In this document: in pieces, positions 58,842 through 64,000 of the stretch
How positions within the stretch are numbered: the stretch's first letter is position 1
Layout: each line of letters begins with the position of its first letter
Assembly (NCBI GenBank): GCA_043228905.1
Contig: JBHGNT010000009.1
Coordinates: 3,472,001-3,536,000, forward strand
Direction: 5' to 3'
Length of the DNA stretch: 64,000 bases
Source: Azolla caroliniana
Taxonomy: Eukaryota > Plantae > Polypodiophyta
The notes under the pieces: generated by a model
Told to the model about the DNA's origin: nothing
Seen by the model: the letters and a program-made list of their open reading frames with translations, nothing else
Database searches by the model: none
Program-made: the position numbers and the translations under genes

Positions 58842-61800
58842 ATGCCTCTCGCAGCATCGCAGGAAACCCGTTCTTGGCTACAGCAACGAGGATTGGGTGG
58901 GTACCTATGGGTCATCGACGCGCTAGCGCACCCGGACGCCCCAACAATAGCACGCAAAATCCACCCGGACACAGTAAGCAACAACATGATTCACATTGCC
59001 CTGGACCTTGCGCGAGGCGGAGACCATGAGGTCGAAATCCCTCCCCACTCGACCCTCAAGGAATATTTTGGGATGTATTCGATGTCAGGAAAAGCTTACC
59101 GCACGTATGGAGGGCCAAACAAGGCTTTTGGGGAGATCGCCCGGATTTTGATGGAATACGCATTTGTGCATACGAATCCCATGAGTATGCCACAGAATAA
59201 AGCTGCCATAATCATCAGAGCGTGCGAAGGCGACAAAATCGATTGGGGAATCATCATCGGCGAAGGAGTTCGTCCGGCGCTTGAATCTTTTCAAACCGGT
59301 AAGCGATTGTTGCCTGTGATTAATCATTTCCTCACAGTCCTCTACCCACCTCCTTCGGTTTCCCCTTGTCGCATCCTTACCTCCCCACCACCACCACGGA
59401 AACAACTGGAGAAGTTTTTGGCGTTAACCCAGGAAGAATGGGAAGACCCCTCCCTCGCCTTCTCCACTTCCCGCAGCCGTTCGGAACCCTCCTTCCACCT
59501 CGGCACCACCCCCACCAAAAACGCAGAAGCAACGGGCGTTAACAACGACCCGTGTCGAATGGGACGAGGCCGAGGAGCCCATCACTGAGGATGTCACCAT
59601 ACGACAGAAGCCACCAAGGACATCGATGCCCTCTCCACAACCGAGCCCACGCCCCACAAACCAGCAGCCCTCGAGCATACGGCAACAAAAGAGGAAACAA
59701 GCCGAGGAGCCAACACCACCGGCCCCGGACTCGCAGGATCAGCCCCAAAAACGATGACGCATCAATCAAGGGTCAACCATAGAAACCGAGGGCGCCCAAC
59801 ATCAGAAATCAAAAGAGGCCAGCACGACCTCCACGGCCATGGTACCAGTGGAGTCATGGCTCCAAGTAGGTAGGATCGAGCATAAACAAACCACGTAGAT
59901 ATCATAGGATGAAGTCCTCAGTTACAAAGACCTCCCCGCAGAGGCATACGAGTTCAGTGCACTACTTCGACTGGGCACAACATATGAGTTAATGGATTTC
60001 CTCGCGCGCACCCAAGTAGCTACCGCCGCTCGTAAGGTCGAGGAGCACTCGGAAACAAAGATGACCAACGCACTCTAATGGGAGAACTTGAACCTCACGA
60101 GGATCGAGCCTTACAGAAGATAGGGCGGAAGAAGCAAGCACAAAATGCTTCTCTCCTCATGGAGTTACCATATCTGAACACGGCCTTAGTCAAGGCATAT
60201 CGAAATTTGCACCACACAACTCGGGCAGCCAAGGACATGGCCCGACGTGTCAAAACGACACAACAGCAAACCAAACGGGCCACTGAGCTATGGCAAGCCG
60301 CCGAGCAGAAATTGGCGTCATTAGAGAAGCAACATCAAGAATAGCTGCTCTTAAGCCTCACTGCCCCGAGTAACGATGTCCCACTAACCCCTCTTCTGAA
60401 CCCGAGCCTGAGTACTATTGTTACTGAAGCACACAACGACGACACAACTCACCCCAGGGTAGCCACGGTCAATGCAAGCACAATGACGCATTCGATACAG
60501 ATAAGCAAGCCATCGTCACGGGTAGAGAGAAGCCTGCAACCCCAAACCACCCACGCTTCCACGCAAACGTCACCACCACCTGTCTTCATGGAAAGATCTA
60601 CACAGACGGACAGGGAGCCCACTCCCCGGAACCAACAAGCTGCAACCTAGATAGGACCTCCCCTCCGTGACTACCAAGAGGACCTTAAGGCCCAGATCTC
60701 TCTAGCCGAGTTAGCAGAACAAAACCACAACAACATTATTGGCCAACTATGGGAACAAGCCACGGGCCGTGAAGCAGACCTCAAGCGACTGCTTGTTGAA
60801 AGGTCAGCCGCACTCAAAGAACAAGAAAGAGAGGTGATGACCCTTCAGGTCTCTATCACCGAGGCCAAAGAACGATTCCTCAAAGAAGTAGAGCAGAATA
60901 GCCAACGGGAATGCGAGCTATTCACAAACAACCAGGAATTACGTCGTCAACAAAGGGCATTACAAGAATTGGCAAATGAGCACATGCAAAAGTGGAGGAT
61001 CTCTGAAGAGCAAAGGGCGAAAATTTCCGATGCATATCACCAGTTGCAAACAGAGCACATCGCCGCCGGAGAATGACATCGGGACGCTTGGAGACAAGAC
61101 AGGGACGAAACTGTAGCTCAGCTCACCAAACGTTACGAGCAGACAATCGCGCTCATAACCGAAAAAGCAAAAGATAACCAAGCAACTTTAGTGCTCCTCG
61201 TCCGCAGAAGCCAAGAAGACGCCAAGGCCGCAAGGGAGGAAGTGGAAGTTCACCGAGCTAGCATCGGCATGGACGATACTAAAATAAAGATCCTAATCAA
61301 CAAGTATCGCCAACAATTCACCAAGAAGATCGAGGAAACGCTCGACCGTGTCTGGCAGGAATGGTCGGCCCAAGCCGCTGAATTACACATACTACGCGCG
61401 GACGCCGAGAACCGAAGGAAGGAGGGCCGAGGGTTTTACAAGATGGATGACACCAGCATCCAGACCTTCCGTGAAGACTTGACTGAGGAATATTATACCA
61501 CACCACGGCCATCGAGCAACTTCTCGAGGAATTAAATGACGATCTAATGGTGTTCCGTTTAAAAGCTGAAGCTTACGAAGAGGAACGCCTAGCTATCGAG
61601 ACTAACAGAGCTGCCATGACCGACGAGCAAGAACCCGAGCCCACCCCCACGGAAGCCAGACAGGAGGAACCTGCCCCTACAGATCCCCACATCCCAACTG
61701 AGCCACAAACTACAACCACGACCCTGCCTGAATCGGAACCAACAGAGGGCAGCGCACGCAACGACACAGCCATATCCGACTCGGCAGCAAAACCTCCATC

Positions 61801-61876
61801 ACCAACCCCACCTTCCGAGCAGCGAAACCAACCCCATGCCCCCGAGGATATCCTCGGCATATTAGAACAGGATTAA
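58842..61876 (+). pseudogene. F2 extra 3' ORF in the env-like position, originally about 1000 codons: globular N-domain, Pro/Thr-rich linkers, coiled coils, acidic tail
   Basis: Successive ORF pieces at 58842, 60078, 60834, 61191 and 61547; GDKIDWGIII motif; homologous to the F1 fragments. Confidence 0.75.
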
Positions 61877-62011
61877 CACAAACCCATAAGCCCTTGTATA
61901 AACGGGCAACATTTGTAATTTGTTTTGTTTTTTCTCAAAATCCATGGTTATCCCTCCACATTGTGAACCGTGGGTCTAATGGACAAATTCCTGTTTCACG
62001 GGTGTGCCAGG

Positions 62012-62472
62012 TGTTGTCCATAGGCCAGAAATATAAATAGGTGAAGAAATAGGTAGAACTAGAAATAGTCGAGCTTTTAGCCCTCACAATCAGCCGATGG
62101 CTCGGCTCTGTCTAAGGAAGAAAACTATATAAACCGAGATCTGCATACCTCAGAAGGGGAGAGATAGATTATTTTAGCAAGATTACTATCGTAGCACCGA
62201 GCTCTACAAAATTGTTTCCAGCCGAGAGCTGTGTATTGTAATCGTTGTGAGTTTCTCATTTCATACAAATCTCGCTCTTATTGTTCCGTCATCTGGGTAT
62301 TCTCCCCGGTACTCGCAACCAAGCTACGTCAATGCCTAATTGGTTGTAACCCGTGTACACTCCTCATTTTCATATCGTCTTCTCAGGGTAGAAGAGGATT
62401 CCATGTAACACGACCCTTGATACCGATAGCCTGTGGGCTCATTGAAGGTGTTTCCCCCAGAAACAGTTAACA
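62012..62472 (+). repeat. 3' LTR of F2 (alternative boundaries 61992-62465)
   Basis: Direct repeat of 45958-46216; TGTT...AACA termini, or TGTTTC...GAAACA. Confidence 0.75.
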
Positions 62473-64000
62473 ATGTCAACCCATTTCTTTTTCGAGTTGG
62501 TCCTTGAGTTTTTGGAAGTGGGACAACACTTCGCTCTTCTTCTTCACTGGGAAGATCCACACGTAGCACGAGTAGTCGTTGATGAGGGTGACATAGAATC
62601 GGCATCTGCCGATCGTCGGCGTTTGAGCTAGTCCCCATACATCTAAATGTATGATGTCAAGGAGGCATTTTCTTGCTTAGCTCTCCTTCGGGAATGGGAG
62701 TCGACGTTGTTTGCAGAGTTGGCATGCTTCGCACACTCGGTCAACTCGTTTCGACTCGAATGCCGGAAGTCCGATGACGACTCCCTTTGATTGCATTGCT
62801 CGAAGTCGTTGGAGGTTTATGTGGCTGATTCTTTTGTGCCACAACTCGATGCTTGTCTCAGTTTTGAGACCTTTAGCGTACATTGCCGATTTCACCTCGT
62901 TCGAATCGAGGATGAACATTCGACCGTCTCTCCATCCCTTCGCTATGACTCGACCATCTTTCTCAATGAAACAACCTTCTTTATTGAAGCGGACTTGCAT
63001 GCCTTGCTCCATGATTTGGCCAACGGAGACCAAATTCTTCGTTATTGTGGGCACATGGAAGACATTCTTGATGCAAGTTTGCTCACCTTCTTTCCCAAAT
63101 GGGACATTGCCGATGTGCCGAATGGGATGTGTGCCCGATGTGTGATGTCGTCTCCCGTCTCTATGAAGCCGGGTCAATGCAGTGTACGCAAGTCATTGAA
63201 CCACTCTTCGTGGGATGTCATGTGATGTGAGGCGCCAGAATCAACGAACCACTCGTCTTCCTAGTTGAAGGTGCTCGTGGAGTTGGAAGGTGTCATAGAG
63301 TTCGTTCTATGTCTCATCACGAATAGACCACCGTAGTCATCGTATTCGGAGTTGTTGGCGTAGTTTTTGAGTTGTCGGCTTGTCGAAGCCGACTCGCTTC
63401 TCTTTCTCAGACACTCCTCTTCGCGGTGGCCAATTTTGTCGCAATAGTTGCAAGCAATGGGCCACATTTGCCGACCTTGTTTGGCATGGAAGCTCCCCCT
63501 TCTTCCGAAAGTCCCTTGATGGCTTCCGTCTTGTTGTCGAAGGTTTGAGTTCCCTTTGTGTGATGGGTCGAATGAACCTCTTCTACCGCCTCGACTTCGT
63601 TCTCGGCCACCATCCGAATTTGAGAAGAACATTTGTCCTTCCCATGTCTTGGTTTTGGTTTGGACATGGTTCTCTTCAACCATTAGCATTGATTGAAGGT
63701 CAAAGAACGAAGAAGGGTTTTCCCTTGCCAAGATTGTCGTCTCAACGAGTCGAATCGTTGTGCGAGGCCGTGCAAGCATACTTGAACCATCTCGTCTTCG
63801 TCAGTGTTTATTTTGATGGAGCCAAGTGAGTCGCAAATGCTCTTGATCTTGGCGGTGTAGTTCGACACAGACATGTCTTTTTGCCGAATGTTGTTCAACT
63901 CTTGTCGGAGTTTAAGCTTTCAGGCGGTTGTGTTGGCGGCGAACATTTTCTTTAACTTCGCCCACGCTTCTTTAGACGTCTTGGCGTCTCGAATGTGGCT
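62473..64000 (-). pseudogene. Copia B2 gag, protease and integrase N-terminus; continues beyond the right edge
   Basis: CNYCDKIGHREEEC, WFVDSGAS, WHKRISH/CEAC, HLDVWG...EKEMG*H joins in frame to IRCLR left of 45953. Confidence 0.9.

Larger units (their letters stand above)
45958..62472 (+). mobile_element. F2: Athila-like Ty3/Gypsy element with an extra 3' ORF, degenerate, with two nested insertions
   Basis: 5' LTR 45958 to about 46216 (truncated) repeats at 62012 onward; degenerate TSD GTGCC/ATGTC restores the host reading frame; domain order gag, PR, RT, RNase H, integrase. Confidence 0.85.

Overview
This window is eukaryotic, plant-type heterochromatin made almost entirely of nested LTR retrotransposons. 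I found no host gene, rRNA, tRNA or CRISPR array. About 17 insertions can be resolved from LTR termini, primer-binding sites (PBS), polypurine tracts (PPT) and target-site duplications (TSD); a few joins are inferred. (1) An intact young Ty3/Gypsy chromovirus at 3079-8880, with a predicted self-priming PBS and a -1 frameshift signal. (2) A young full-length Ty1/Copia at 38472-44016 carrying two catalytic-site mutations, plus related solo LTRs and deletion derivatives. (3) Older Copia relics. (4) Two diverged Athila-like Gypsy copies (F1, F2) with a long extra 3' ORF and no PPT; both sit within about 4 bp of the same homologous position in a Copia integrase gene. (5) Seven insertions of a tRNA-Trp-primed Gypsy lineage (family C). 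It makes 4-bp CpG-centred TSDs, appears to frameshift after the protease via a conserved pseudoknot, and includes non-autonomous members. The element spectrum suggests a non-seed land plant (inference). The labels A, B1-B3, C, E1-E4 and F1/F2 are my own working names, and clade assignments come from motifs, not database searches.
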